A stretch of 64,000 nt of DNA, taken from the NCBI RefSeq assembly GCF_009914755.1, contig NC_060927.1; one strand, 5' to 3'. This document shows positions 13,909 through 27,420 of this stretch, piece after piece; the stretch's first letter is position 1; the number at the start of each line of letters is the position of its first letter. A model generated the notes under the pieces. It was given only the letters and a program-made list of their open reading frames with translations, was not told the origin of the DNA and did not search any database. Source of the DNA: the human T2T-CHM13v2.0 reference genome, Homo sapiens. The position numbers were made by a program, and so were the translations under genes.

Positions 13909-16580
13909 CTAGTAAAGGCAAGTTCTTCCCCCATCCCACCACTCTGACCTCTCTTCTGCCTCCTTCTTCCATTTTGAAAGGCCTTTTCTATTGGGCTTTC
14001 TGTATATGTTTTATTCCGTTCTTTAACACTACAACACTGCCTGGCATAGCATAAGTGCTATGTGAGTGTCCAATAGGAAACTGGAAGTATAGATCTGAGT
14101 TCTGGAATAGAGACAGAGATACAGACATCAGTAGATAAGAAGCCATGGAGTGCATTGGAGTGCATATGTTCATCCAGAGAGAGTTCTACAGAATGAGAAC
14201 ATCTATGGCTCAAAGGAAGGTACCCTGAGGAACAGACACATTCAGAGAATGAGCAGAAGCCACGCCTGCTGGGAGGTTTGAAGGAGACTCAGAGAGGTGG
14301 GAGAACATCTAGGAGAAAGTAACAAACAGAAGCCAAGGGAGAAGAAAGGTGCAACAAGGAGTAAGCGCTTGGTGCTTCCAAGACCCTCAAAAAAATAATG
14401 GTGCAAGCATGACTGCTGGATTTAGGAACCTTAACGTTACCTTGGGCAGAGTACTTTTAGGCCACTGTGGACCAGTTTTGAAGACACAATAAAATTGTAT
14501 AAACATCCATATTCTTAGGCATGTCTTGCCAAACCGAAATACATGTTTAGGTCTGCCTGACCCCTGCAGTGTAATCAGATCAAGTCTAGCATTCTGTGAA
14601 AATATCCAACTGAAATAAGAATGAAATTCATGCTCATGTGTCTTGTCTATAGACACTGGTATCTGCCTCCAAAGTGAAATTGGATCATAACCCTAATTTG
14701 CCTCTCTTCCCAAAGGCTTTTGGAAGAGTTGAAATTCATGTAAGACATGGAAGGAAATCCCAGTGCAGGGCTGCACAACTCTGTGTTGCACACAAGGTGT
14801 GAAACCCAGGTCCAAAGACGCTGGCAGTCTGGGAGGCAAAGCAAATGTGATGGCAGGTATTTGCCCAGAAGGCCGATGGAATCCTGGTGTGGAAAGTAAA
14901 GTTTATTGCTTCAGGCATTCTGTCTCTGTTCTGGAGGCAGAGTGTCTATATATGTGCTCTTAATGAGAAACCTGCCCTCAGGATATCTCTTACAGTTGCT
15001 GCAGAGCTATAAAGCTCTGTTATTAGGAATTCTGCCCTGGGGAACAATTATGTTATTGCAATAATTAGAGGCAGTTCATCTCCATAATAATGGAAATCCT
15101 GCCTTGTAGGCAAAACAACATCAAAGCAACAGGAGCGTCATTGCTCTAGTTAGAATCTGCTGCCCTGCTTATTGGTAGTACTATCATTTTAATTTTGCAC
15201 ATGCAGTTACGAAAGAGAGCTTATACCGCTCTTCAAATTCAGACCTAGAACTTCTTGCCGTTACTTCAGTTTGTCTCTCCTAGAGCCATGGATAAAATAG
15301 TTACGGCGTTGAGCTCTCCTGAAGTGCAGTTGCAAAAGTGTTTAGGGAGATTGGTGTTTTAAAAATGTTTGTCAGAATCCACAGGCCCAGTCCTCTGGGA
15401 GACCCCATAAACTTACCCTCAGCCAAAGCCTTTTCTATGTGGGTATAGTATGGCATGTTATTTTATGGCCAGGGTTAAAATGATGACTAAATCCGGTGAC
15501 TACCTGAGATGGGTCTGACCCTTTGCTCTAGTCATGTGGCATAGTAATACCAGAAGACATACATGTGGTTATATAACTCAAGACATATATATGGAATTTG
15601 TATATGAAGCTGCTTTTTAAAAAGTGTCCAATCTAAAGGTAACATTTGATTTTCAAAAAAAAATCTTTTGAAGTGTCTCACATATTAATCCCTTCCTTGC
15701 AAGTAAGTCCTTTGCCACTCCCCTGGTTTTCAGGCCTTATTGTCTCTTGTGTGAATTTTGCAATGATTCAACCAACCTCTTAAATGATTTCATTGGAACC
15801 AGCCCTCACCCAAATCTTCTACAAGATGAAACTTACCACAATAAACCTCTGAGAAATTCAATTGAATGAATATCTGTCACGTATCTCCCTGGTACAAGAT
15901 GTATTTGAGATTATGAACATAACCTAATTTAAATCAAGGTTCTACATGTGTCACGGAAAAGGGACGAAACAGTTTCTTCCATGATTTACCAGAGACTTTT
16001 TTTTATCTTATCATAGTTATAAACTTCATATTTACAGCTATTGGTTATTTAATTAATGTTCATTTTCCCTAAGAGGCTGAAAGGGCCATGCTGAAAAGTG
16101 CCATTTGTGTTGGAGCATACAGGTTCCCCAGTTCCTTGTGCTATACCTAGAGTAGAATAGACACTAATGTTCTTGTATGAAATGAATGAACCAACCCAAA
16201 TCGTCTGATTCTTGGAGGGGATTGAGGAGAAGGTGGTGGTAGTATATTTAGGTGCAAGGAGCAGCGGGAAAGAAATGTATTTGAAAGGAAAGTAGAGTGA
16301 AAGGTTTGAGCAGGAGGAGATAAAACTGGGACATCTCTCAGAATCCAGTTGAGAAAAGCATTCCATGGCAAGCTAAGAAGCTGGCATTTCACTGGGAAAC
16401 AGAGTGAAGTAATGATTTTGTCTTGGGGCTTCACACTTCCTTTTAAGTTATCTCCTGTCCTCCATCGGTTGAGTTCAGTGTTTGTACTCAGGTAGTGTCT
16501 GCCGTGACTTACCATGCACCCACCTGGGAAAGCATTTCAACTTCCTAAGGCAGTGTTTCTCCATTCCTAGAGCAAAGATC

Positions 16581-16775
16581 CAGTGGTTGTTCCCAAATTT
16601 AGGTCTGCAGCTCAGTGCCAGGCTGACTGCAGCAAAATCAACTGAGATGTGTTTTAGAAAGCAGAGTCCCACTCTCCATCTTCAAAGATGCTTTCTCGGG
16701 AATTCTGAGATGGGGCCCAGGAATCAGAATACTTGTTTCCCATAGGATTTTAATGCACACTCAGGTATGACAACG
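16581..16775. mobile_element. MER5-like hAT-Charlie element
   Basis: 'cagtggtt...', 'ctgagatggggcccaggaatc' and 'gattttaatgcacactcaggtatga'. Confidence 0.55.
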
Positions 16776-16778
16776 TAG

Positions 16779-17010
16779 CAGTGGCTTCCCATTGACTTCA
16801 GGATAGACACTAAGTCTTATGAGATGACCAGTAAGGCTCTATATGCTACTCAGGCTCCTGCCTGCTGTCTACCAGCTGTCTCACTTCACTCACCTTTACC
16901 CTCAGTTTTTGAGCCACACGGACCTTCTCTCTTTTCTTCAAATGGCTTCTTCTTCCTCTTGCTGCAAAGCCTGAGAACGTGCTGTTCTCCTTCCCTGAAA
17001 TGCTCTTATC
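16779..17010 (+). mobile_element. L2 fragment
   Basis: 'cagtggcttcccattgacttcaggata...gctgttctccttccctgaaatgctctt'. Confidence 0.6.
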
Positions 17011-17356
17011 CAGGCCTTGAAAAACTAAGTCCGCAGGCCACATCCAACCCTCCACCTGTGTTTGTACAGTTGGCAAGCTGAGAATGGTTTTACATTTTTA
17101 AATGGTAGGAAATAAATCAAAAGAAAAATCTCATTTTGTGACACGTAAAAATTATGCCGATGTCAAATTTCAGTGCCCACAAATAAAGTTTTACTGGACA
17201 GGACACAGCCATACTCATTCATTCACAAATGGCCTGTGGCTGGCGGCTTTTACACTGCAAGGGCAAGATTGACTAAGTGGGACTGAGCCTACCCAGATCA
17301 AAAAGCCTGAAATATTTACTCTCTGGCTCTTTACAGAAAAAGTTTGCCAAACTCTG
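17011..17356. mobile_element. MER58B (hAT-Charlie)
   Basis: 'aagctgagaatggttttacatttttaaatgg', 'aaataaagttttactgga' and 'aaatatttactctctggctctttacagaaaaagtttgccaa'. Confidence 0.85.
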
Positions 17357-18619
17357 ATCTAACTCATGGTACATTTCTGGAAATGTGGGGTATTAAAACA
17401 TCTTCATAGTAACATGATCTTCCCCCACCTTGGGTTTTTTGTTTGTTTTTGGTTTGCTGTGCCTTTTATTTGTTCTTTGTGACTTACACTTTTGATTAAA
17501 TTGTCACTTCCAGCATGTCCGTCTTATGCAAAGCAAAGGGGAAGTGAATTTGGTGGGAGGTCCGAATTATCTCACTTTGCTCTCTAGAGCAGTACCTCCC
17601 AACTTTTGCCAGGAAGAACTTCTTTTCATGCCCCCAAAATCTGAACTCCCTGGAGAAATCAGAGCCCAAGGGAGCTTTAAATGTGAAGACACAGAGGGTG
17701 AGGGATGGTGGCAGTGGAGAGAAAAGTAGATACCTGGTCATCTTCCCCATATTTCTGAACAACCAGTAAAAAAATGAAGTAATGGGAAATCTCCATCCTT
17801 GGTTGAGGATCCATGGTTTTACGTGGACTATTTTATACAGGTGCTTTAAGTTTATGCTGATAAATATTTATGAATGGTCTAGTTCCGTTGGGGAAGGAAA
17901 GAGAAGACAGCAATCACAGGACTTGGTTTCTAGAGTTTTATAAAATTCAGCTACTGTGACCATGTATACACACATCAAACAATTTAGAAACCACCAGTGA
18001 AGCACAAATTAACATAATATAGTCCAAACAGAATCCACAGCAGTGCTTAGGGAACAGACTGGGAAGAGACTCTCAGTCAGGCAGAGTCTGCCAAAATCGG
18101 CTTCCAACAGGAAGTGAGTTTAAGCCTTTGTGAAAGAAAATGCTCCACAGAGAGAGGAAGAGAGGGAAGGGAGAAGTCTCCATGCTGGAGCCCATGTACG
18201 TGCAGCAAGTCATGTACAAGAAATGAGGGGAAGAGAGGGACTCAGCCAGGGGGAGGAGTTGCCATCTGTAGCATTTAGATGGAAGAGGTGGAAGGACAAA
18301 CATCAACAGGAAGAAGCTACAGGTTTAACTAGAGTTTATTAACACTGTAAAATAATATGAATGAATATAAAATAATAGTGCCAGAAACACGGTGAGTCAG
18401 CTTAACTGTGAAGAAGTTTGGGAATCTCTAGCCATTAAGTAGAAATGAGACTTTGATCTCTCGTTATATCACTAATGTATTTTTGAATACATTTGAGGCT
18501 TTGGGGATCCTTGGGGATTCAGGTTACTTATTACTTTGGCTCTAGTCCTGTATTTCATGGTTATCTTGTGGCCATTTTTATCTCTGTAAAAAAAATGAGC
18601 ATTTTCAACCCCCCATCTG

Positions 18620-18850
18620 TCAATAATAATAGTAACACCCAGCGCTTGTTTTTTTTTTAGTCTTTACTATGCCCTCTGCTTAATTTCTTTTAATCCTCGT
18701 AAAAATGTTATGGGATCAGTCCTATTATTGGGACTCCATCTTTCAGATAAGGAAACCAAGGCTGGAAGAAAGCAATTTATTTACCTTACTTAAGGTTGCA
18801 AAGCTTGATAATGTTAAATCTGGAATTCAAATCTAGGTCTCACTCATTGC
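18620..18850 (-). mobile_element. MIR
   Basis: 'tttaatcctc', 'ccatctttcagataaggaaaccaaggc' and 'ggaattcaaatctaggtct'. Confidence 0.7.
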
Positions 18851-20124
18851 ATCTATGTCTACCAGGTTTGCCTGAGGAAGGAACAAGCACTAGATGCTTC
18901 TTTCTAAGCTTTAAAAGGGAGATAAAGCTTTCGTTACCTCCCTGGCATAGGACTGGCATAGCAGCTTTTCCTGTTACTCATTTCATATTTTCAGTAATAA
19001 ACTGGCAGCTTTCAGATCCATAGCTTTATCATTTCCTGAGAGGGAGAGAGGTAGGATGGTCTGATTTCAGGGCTGGGTTAGAACCATGTAAACCCTTTGG
19101 AGAAGAGGTAAATTAAGTCCTTGAACTACCTCAGCCGTGCCTTTGTTCAGAGAAAATAGCTGTGTATCATCAAATGGAGTTAAGTGATCATGAAAATATT
19201 CAAACCAAAGTGGCATGTCATTAAGAGCAATTAGAACTGAAGTGATGTGACTGGATATTAAAACCAGACAGGCAGTGCTTTGTGCCTTCTCAGTAGAGAC
19301 AAGGCAGATGATTTGGGTTCCTCCTAACTTTGTCATCTCTAGAAATAAAATCTGCTAGACTTCTTAGATGTATTGATGCCATGTAAATATTGAAGGTCTG
19401 GGATCATATACTAAGTTTGACCCCTATATTTCCATTATAGAGTTTTCTCCTCATATTTCAGTCACAGATATGCCAGAGTTAATTAGATCTCTACTAGTAA
19501 ATATCCATCATGATGTTTCTAAATCCCTTTTGCCAAATGATCTAATTAGAGCAACACTTGGCTTTCTATATAATTACAACATATGGCACCTAGAGGGTAC
19601 ATATAGTAGAATTATAGGTTGCCTGATGAGAATTCCAGGTGGTGGGTAAAAGACTCCATTAAATAGAGTAGGTGTGTGTGGGTGTGTGTGGGGGGGTATG
19701 GGCATGGGTGTTAATGTACACAATTCCTCCTACAATTCTCCCTAGAATAAGTAATATTTTGTAATTCAGCTGTCCTTCCCACATGAAACAACATGATTAT
19801 ATCATGGAACGGGAGTTAAAATTTAAAAGAAAACAAATAATTGATGACATTAGGATAAATTTTTTAACCTTCCATGCCCCTAAAAATGATCACATGTAGT
19901 AAGTCAGCAAGGCTGAAAGCAGCTCTGTGTAAGATGCATTATGTGATGGGATGTATTCCTCCAAGCAAGATCACTTACCCAAACTGCTAAATATAAAACA
20001 AAGATGGGACCATAAAGAAAGAATGGTTTCTTAATGCCTATTTGTAATCTCTGGAAGTAGAGTACCCAACTTCAGTAAGTGAAGAGTTCAGTGTTGGTTT
20101 GTTGAATTTGAAAAGCTTATCCTG

Positions 20125-20322
20125 CACTGTTGTGCTGGAGCCCAGTAGCAAGGGCTCAAAAGAGTGGATTCTGCACATCCATTCCCAGCTCTCTGTTCAG
20201 CGATAGCTCACATTCGTAGCTTGATATTAGCCATCGGCAGAATATTTACACCACGGAAATAGGCCCACTTCAAGGGCAGTTTTTCCAGAGCCACTGTGGT
20301 AAACATTGACAGCACACCACTA
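20125..20322. mobile_element. MER63A-like (hAT-Blackjack)
   Basis: TIR-like ends cactgttgtgctgg / cagcacaccact; internal 'tatttacaccacggaaat'. Confidence 0.8.
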
Positions 20323-20399
20323 GCTGTGGGCATATGCAGCTCAGAGTTGGCCACGCCAGTTTAAAGTCCCTGGGTCAGATCAGGTGGAGAAACATGACT

Positions 20400-21200
20400 T
20401 TCCAAATTGTTACTTTTGAAGTAATAAGGGTGTGGGAGGTTCATTGAGAGAAAAGAGAAAAGCAAAAGGGCTGTGGACAGACTCTTCTGATTTATGCAGA
20501 GTGTGCATGAAAGAGAAAAAGAAACAGAAAAAGTTGTCAGAAAGCTAAACGGAGAACCACGAAATAGGGCTGCTGTGAAATTCTAGGTATCATGAATGGA
20601 CAGTGGTCAACAATGCCAGGTGTGGCCACAAAGTCATTCAGGATGAGACCACAAATGATATATATTTGGTGACAATGAATTCACAAGTGACCTTGAAATA
20701 AATACTTTAGATAAGTGCAAAAGCTGTACAGGCTGGATGGTAAGCAGCCAGATGCAGTGGATCTTTTTGCAGGTGTTAGGTAAGGAATCGGAAGCTTAGA
20801 TATACTGCAAGAGAGTGACATATTTGTGGCAAGGATCTCATTAGGATGGAGGAGATTGGGGAATATTTATAGCTTGAGGGAAATCACACTGTGTCGAAGA
20901 AGGAGTTAAAGATGTAAGGGAGGGGAGATGATTCTCAAGGAGAGAGCAGAAGAATGGACTAGAAATCAATTATTGTGGGAAATGATGAGGAACCTCTGTT
21001 CTCTGTGGGTAGGAAGAGAAGATGAGTAAAGTCTCAGAGAAGTTAAGGGTAAAAGAAGGAGTTGAGGAATTTCATATAACATACCTTTGACCTCAATCTC
21101 AATAATATGAGAGTCAAGGTCATCTTCTGAAAGTCTGGTCATGGGGGTGATTGTGCACTTGAGCAAAAGGGAGGCCTGGACTGTGTTTTATGGTCAATGT
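20400..21200 (-). mobile_element. L2 fragment (antisense)
   Basis: Purine-rich degenerate L2 ('gtggtcaacaatgcca', 'gtgaccttga'). Confidence 0.5.
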
Positions 21201-21449
21201 GATAGAAATAACATTTGAATTGAGCTTTTTATATTTTCAGTTGCTTCCACACACATTGACTTTCCCACATATTGATTTGCTCTAAAGGGTTTTATTCCAA
21301 AAGAGGTGGTTTGTTCCAAAGGATGCATAAAATTGTTATAGAAAAAATGAGGTTGACTGCTCTTAATATCAGGAAAGATGTTTTTCAGGTGAATGCAATG
21401 TGTTCCAACTCAGAAGGAAAACAATGCCATTTAAAATTACTATTATCCT

Positions 21450-22495
21450 TTCTCATTTTCTCAAGGACTTTCCCTCCTTCAATCATTCCTGCTCTTTCTC
21501 TACATCATCAGACTCTCCCTTTTCTTACTGTTCCTATTGGATTGTTCCTTCCAGCACATCTGCATCTTCCTCATCCACTTTGCCTCCTTTGCTCTGTCTA
21601 CTTTCCCTCTCTCTCCAGGCAATCTCCTCCCCTCCCATGGCTGTAAACACCATGTGTGTACTGACAACCCTGAAATGTGTGTCTTCAGTACAGGATTCTC
21701 CCCTGAGCAATGTATGGTTAACATTCTTCAGAAGGAACTCACTCCTGCCACCAGTCTCCACCCTGAACCTTAGTCAGTTATACACCACCTCTCTCTGATC
21801 GCTTGAGCCTGAAACCTAGAAATCACTGCTAATTTCTGTTTCATCACCCCATTTATCCTATGCATCAATAAATTTTAAAAACTTTACTTCCAAAGAACAT
21901 AATCTATCTCCTTCTTTCTATGTGCATTGCTGGTGCACTGGCCCAACCACCCTCATTTCTTGTCCAGATGGTTGCAGTAGCCCCGACGGGTCGCTCTGCT
22001 TCTATACTCGCTCCCTTCCAATGTGTTCTCTGTACCATAGCCAGAATGGTTATGGAAATCAAATCTCATCACAAATGCTTAAGATAGAAGCTAAGCTGTT
22101 GAACACAACCTACAAGGTATGGCATGGTCTGGCTCCTTGCTGTATTATTTTTGTGTTTTGTTTCATTTCCCCTCCCTTACATCTTTAACTCCTTCTTCAA
22201 CTGCCTCTCCCTACCTGTACGTGCCAGAGGTCTGAGGCCGTGTATACCGCACTTCTCACTATAACACCAGTGCCTCCTTTCCTCTTCAATTTCTTCTTTG
22301 CATTTTTCTGAATTTGTAATTCCATATTTATGTTTTCATTGAGTTGACTGTTATCTGCCTTCCTAAACTGGCCTGTAAGCTGTGTGAGGACAGGATCTAC
22401 CTGGTTCCGTTCACCACTATTTATCCAGCACTAGCCCTGGAATACAACTTAGGGCTTTAGTCAATAAGTGTTCAATAAATGAAGAAAGAAATCAA
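21450..22495 (+). mobile_element. L2 (sense), including the 3' end
   Basis: Pyrimidine-rich body; 'ctgtaagctgtgtgaggacagg...gttcaccactatttatccagcactag...tcaataaatgaa'. Confidence 0.7.
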
Positions 22496-23904
22496 TGGAC
22501 TTACAGCCTCTTTTCACGAGGACTAGAGACTTCTCCAAAAATAAAAGCAATAGTAAAGATAAAAGTAAGTAATTTAGGGGGTTGGAATAATGGAGAATTG
22601 TCAGTAGAAAAATAAAAATGGCAGCAATAAAATTAGCACATAGAAATACTTTCAGTATAATTCACAGGTCTGGTTGTATCTGTCTTGCTACCCAATCAAA
22701 GAAAGAAACATAATTAGTTATAATTATCGTGTTTATAAAATTAAAAACAATTGTTTGTCCAATAGTAAAATCTTAGCAAAACCTTCCTCATGAGACGCAA
22801 TTACTGCAGTTGATATAAGATTTCATAGATGTGCCTTATAATTTTCATACATTTGGCAAATCATGTGGTGATGGAGGACACCTTAGTAAATTAACTTCTG
22901 TGAGGTAGGGCCAAATATAGAGCTTTTTAATGGTGAAGCTTGATGTAAGGGTACAGTTGTAAATACTACATCAATATTTCCCAACACGAGTTCTTGAGAT
23001 GGGGTGGGAGGTGATGTATAGGGTATAAAGTGGTGTTCTATAATCAAATAAGTATAAGAAGTACAATTTAAACATTTTGTATTGCAGACTGTCTCAGAAT
23101 CCTTAATATGTTGATTACAGTGATAATCTTCAGGAAGCGTGGTTCCCAAATTTATCTGGAAATCAATTTTGCTGCACAGAATACATCAAGGGACTAGGGT
23201 TTCAGGGAGCAAAAACTTCGGAAAGCTTTCCTCTAAGTGGATGTAAGACTTTATTTACTTTAGGAATTCCATGATTAATTTTCACAACCATGATTGTATA
23301 AGGACGGATTAGAAGGAAATGCAAGATTATAATTGCTGGCAAAGAATAGGGAGTGCACCTATTGTGTGTCCCCAATCTAGATGAGGTGTATACTATACAG
23401 TAGGGCAAAGAGAAACGTGAGGGCAAATGTCAGAATGCCGCCTTTAGGGTGGAACAAAGATGCAAGTTCCTTGGGAGAATCAGCAAGCAGGAGAATCATT
23501 TAGCTCACAACTGATTCCTGTCCACAAAGTCAACAACAAAGAAGGCTGGGTAAAAGCTACAGAGAGTCTCAAGTTTTTCCTGATGTATTTTTCCACAGGC
23601 TGTTAGACCTAAAACTGAATAGCTAAATCGAAAGCAAACCAGCTATCCCAATATAGCATAACAGCATGAACAACTCAAGCCTGCAATTAGCCCAGGGAGA
23701 ACAGGACTTTACTTCTAGTTCCCTCAAGTGTGGAAGAAGCAAAGAGAGCACAGTCAAGTGAGAAGGAACACTCGGCAGGTTCTTAGCAATTGCACCATCT
23801 TCGTTCTTGATTTAACATCCAGCGTTTCATGTTGATTAGTGAATACTTGGTTATAGAGACACAAATTTTATTTAGATTGTTTGTTTATTTTTAGACTCCT
23901 AGGT

Positions 23905-23927
23905 AATATATAAATATATAAATATAT

Positions 23928-23950
<23 letters not shown>
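23905..23950. repeat. (TA)n microsatellite at the Alu tail
   Basis: aatatataaatatataaatatatttatatatatatatatatatata. Confidence 0.9.
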
Positions 23951-24314
<364 letters not shown>

Positions 24315-25057
24315 TGATTATATAATAATGGAATTGTAGTTCCATAGTAAAAAATAAAAATAAAAATCCATTGATGAATTTTTCCTCAGTAGCTCTAATA
24401 ACCTTTACCTGTATCACTCAAACATAATCACAAGCCAAGGTCATGGTTCAGAGAAAAAATGAATTTTTGGGGGGTTTTTTTTTTGGTGTTGCTTTGTTTG
24501 GTTTGGTTTTTGTTCCACACCCTCAAATACCAACAGAAATATAACACCTCCTTTATTAAATTTTATATTAACAGCAACATTTTGAGATAACTAGAGCATA
24601 AATTTTTTTTACCATTTCATTCTCGGAAGCACAATAGCACAGAGTTAAAAAATAAATCTAAGTAGTAGAATTTTAAAGCTAAGAGCAGCATCTAGTCTAA
24701 GAACTCCTTGAACTGGCTCCTCCTCCATGTGACTGCATTCATTTTCTTTCTGATAATCATGAAAAGTTGAGCTCCATGATGTTGGTAACGAAACTTTTAT
24801 TATTTCTGCTCCTCCATAGAACCATTTTGTATTTATTTTTGAATATGTCACACATTTTGCTCTCCTTGAATACTAGACTCTATTAAACACCTACCGAAAA
24901 CACAGCAAAGCAAAATGTAAGAAAACTAACAGGAATAATTTCAAATTTCAAATGATAGCCTCTGCCTTTATTTAACAAATATTTGAGGCAACTGAAGTAA
25001 AAAATAACATGAATGCTCTCTTGAACTTTACCAGAACCTTGTCTAAGGCTACTGCTA

Positions 25058-25495
25058 CTGCCTTAGATTGCGTGTCCTGAAACAAACTCAGATGACAGGT
25101 TGCATACAGAAGGTTTATAGGGGAGTGCTCTCTGAGGATACACCTGCAGGGAAGTGAGAAAGGCAGAAATGAGCAGAGAGAGAAACTGTCCTACAGGTTG
25201 GTTGCAACTGGGATTTCAGCTAGTCCCACTGAGAGCTCTGGAGCTCAGATAGCCCTTCAGAATGGTCTTACCTTGAGGCAAGGGAATGTGGTCTTTAAAT
25301 CCCTGGATCAGCCAGTCATGGGCCTCAGATCATCACCTATAAGGGGTATAAGCTTAGTGGAGGCAGTTCCCCGTTTCAGGGGGTAATTCAGTAAGCGACA
25401 CAGCTTTAAGCTGCCCCATATTCTTGGGCAGAGTTTTTGGAGGTAGAATGCTTTGGCCTGAAGGAGGGAAATCTGGGTAGAGTACTCTTTCCTAT
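25058..25495 (-). mobile_element. LTR16A-like ERVL LTR
   Basis: 'ggtttataggggagtgctctc', 'gagctctggagctcagatagcccttcaga' and 'cctgaaggagggaaatctggg'. Confidence 0.75.
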
Positions 25496-26849
25496 AATTA
25501 TAAGAGATGACTGTATGGCACCCTTATCATAGGAAGAAACATTTGGAACTACTCATTATTTTTAAAAAAATGTCTTATGTTAGCCAATTAGTCTTCAACA
25601 GGATGCCCGGAGGAATCTGTCTGAATTTCTCATCATGTTCAAAGCATAAGTTGTAATTGATTCTTTCTTGGCAAGGGAACGCAGTGTGATTCCTCTGCCT
25701 CATTTCCTTTTTCCGATCCTCCCCTCAAAAAGCAGACTCAGGGAATATGACCTAGACAGTATCCCCATTTTTAGCCTTGGGGACTCTCCATTTTATGAAT
25801 TCCCTTTTTCCTTTTCCACAGACACTCTCTCTTAAAATGTCTGGGCACCTCCCCCTCTCAGCCTTTATCCTCTCTTGCTTACTTTTTGTCAAAGATTGTC
25901 AGTAACTTCATTTGAGGAAGGAAAGAAGGGAGGGAGGAGACAGGAAGGAAAGGAAGAAAGCAAATCTGAAGAAAATAAAAAACTTCGACATCAGATCAAT
26001 AAAACCACCTCTTCGCCTAGTTCCTATGACTTTTTATGCAAGAGGGTCAGTGTCTTTTCTCTGCTTTGAGTTGCAGGAAAGAAGGACACTTTAATTAGCC
26101 TAAGTTAGTACATGGCCATTGCCTAGAGGATAGATTTGTGTCAAACCTAAAAAATCAAGGGCTAGAAAAATAGAACCCATTATATATACATCACAATATA
26201 GTTATGCATTCAAATTCATTTGGAATTTTTCAAAAGTGAGATAGAAGATTTTAATGTGGAAATGTTCTGTACAACTTATAGATGCATGTCATATTAGGTA
26301 AGAGTAGGGTCCAGAGAGTCTCATCTTCTTTCAAGGATGTATATCTTTTCCTGTAGCTAATATAATCTCTGATTATTAGGATTTCAGGGCTAAATGAAAC
26401 TTTAGAGATAAACAGATGAGTGGGTTTCAACTACCAGTTGAAAACTCTGGTTTTCAGCCATCCCTGGGGGATGCAGCATATCACTATTGTTGAAAATGGT
26501 TCATTGCACACTGATTGTCAGAGGAAGTGGGGATGGGGAAGAGGTAAGGGGAGAAGGGAGGGTCAATAGGAGTGTATGAGAATCTCAGGCAAGGGGATGC
26601 TTTGGAAAATCCCTCCTGAACTTTCTGTCATGCGTGGCTTTCCAAGCCGTGGGATTTATTGGTTTCCCCAGGACTTTTGTTTTACATTTATGGTAAAACT
26701 GAGGTTAGATGATTCATGACATGTCTCATAATTAACTATTGACGTGTATATGCTCATGTAACGTCATGTCTCACTGTAAAGCAATAAAGCTTTCTAGCAA
26801 GAAGAGTATTTAGAATCCCACCAGAAGGTTCCAAAAATCATCCAACCAA

Positions 26850-27420
26850 GGGTTCACTGAAATGAGCTTTCTTTGGCAAGCACAGTATATTAGCTGGCTC
26901 CACGTTTAATTTTTTAAAATTAAGTTCCAACATTTATAATTTGGTACATGCCCTATAATCCAGACTTCGGACATCTCTTCAAAAACTGAAGGATCTGCAA
27001 CAGACAGCTTGCTTTTTTTTTTCTTTTTTTTTTTTTTTTTTGAGACAGAGTCTCACTGTGTCACCCAGGCTGGAATGCAGTGGCGTGAACATGGCTCACT
27101 GCAATAATCCCAGACTTCTGGGTTCAAACAATCCTCCCTTCTTAGCCCCCATGTAGCTGGGACCACAAGTGCACACCACCATGCCCAGCTAATTTCTTAA
27201 CGTTTTGTAGCAGTGGGGTCTCCCTTTGTTGCCCAGGCTGGTCTCAAACTCCCGGGCTCAAGCAATCCTCCCACCTTGTCCTCCCAAAGTGCTGGGATTA
27301 CAGGTATGAGCCACTGCCCCTGGCCAGCCTGCATTTCTGTATGGCAATACTTATCCAGAGCTAAGAAGAGTTATCCTTTTAGCAAAAACATGAAATCTTC
27401 AGTTAGCCATACAATCCTTG
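26850..27420 (-). mobile_element. MER102-like element split by AluJ
   Basis: 'ttccaacatttataa...aatccagacttc...ctcttcaaaaactgaaggatctgcaaca' continues after the Alu as 'gcatttctgtatggcaa'. Confidence 0.6.
27013..27325 (-). mobile_element. AluJ
   Basis: T-rich tail; 'gttgcccaggctggtctcaaactcccgggctcaagcaatcctccc'. Confidence 0.9.

Noticed and set aside
19583-19600. Second CTCF-like motif (tggcacctagagggtac)
   Set aside because: Mismatches at key core positions; too weak.
26425-26443. 8-bp hairpin tttcaact-acc-agttgaaa
   Set aside because: Expected by chance in 64 kb.
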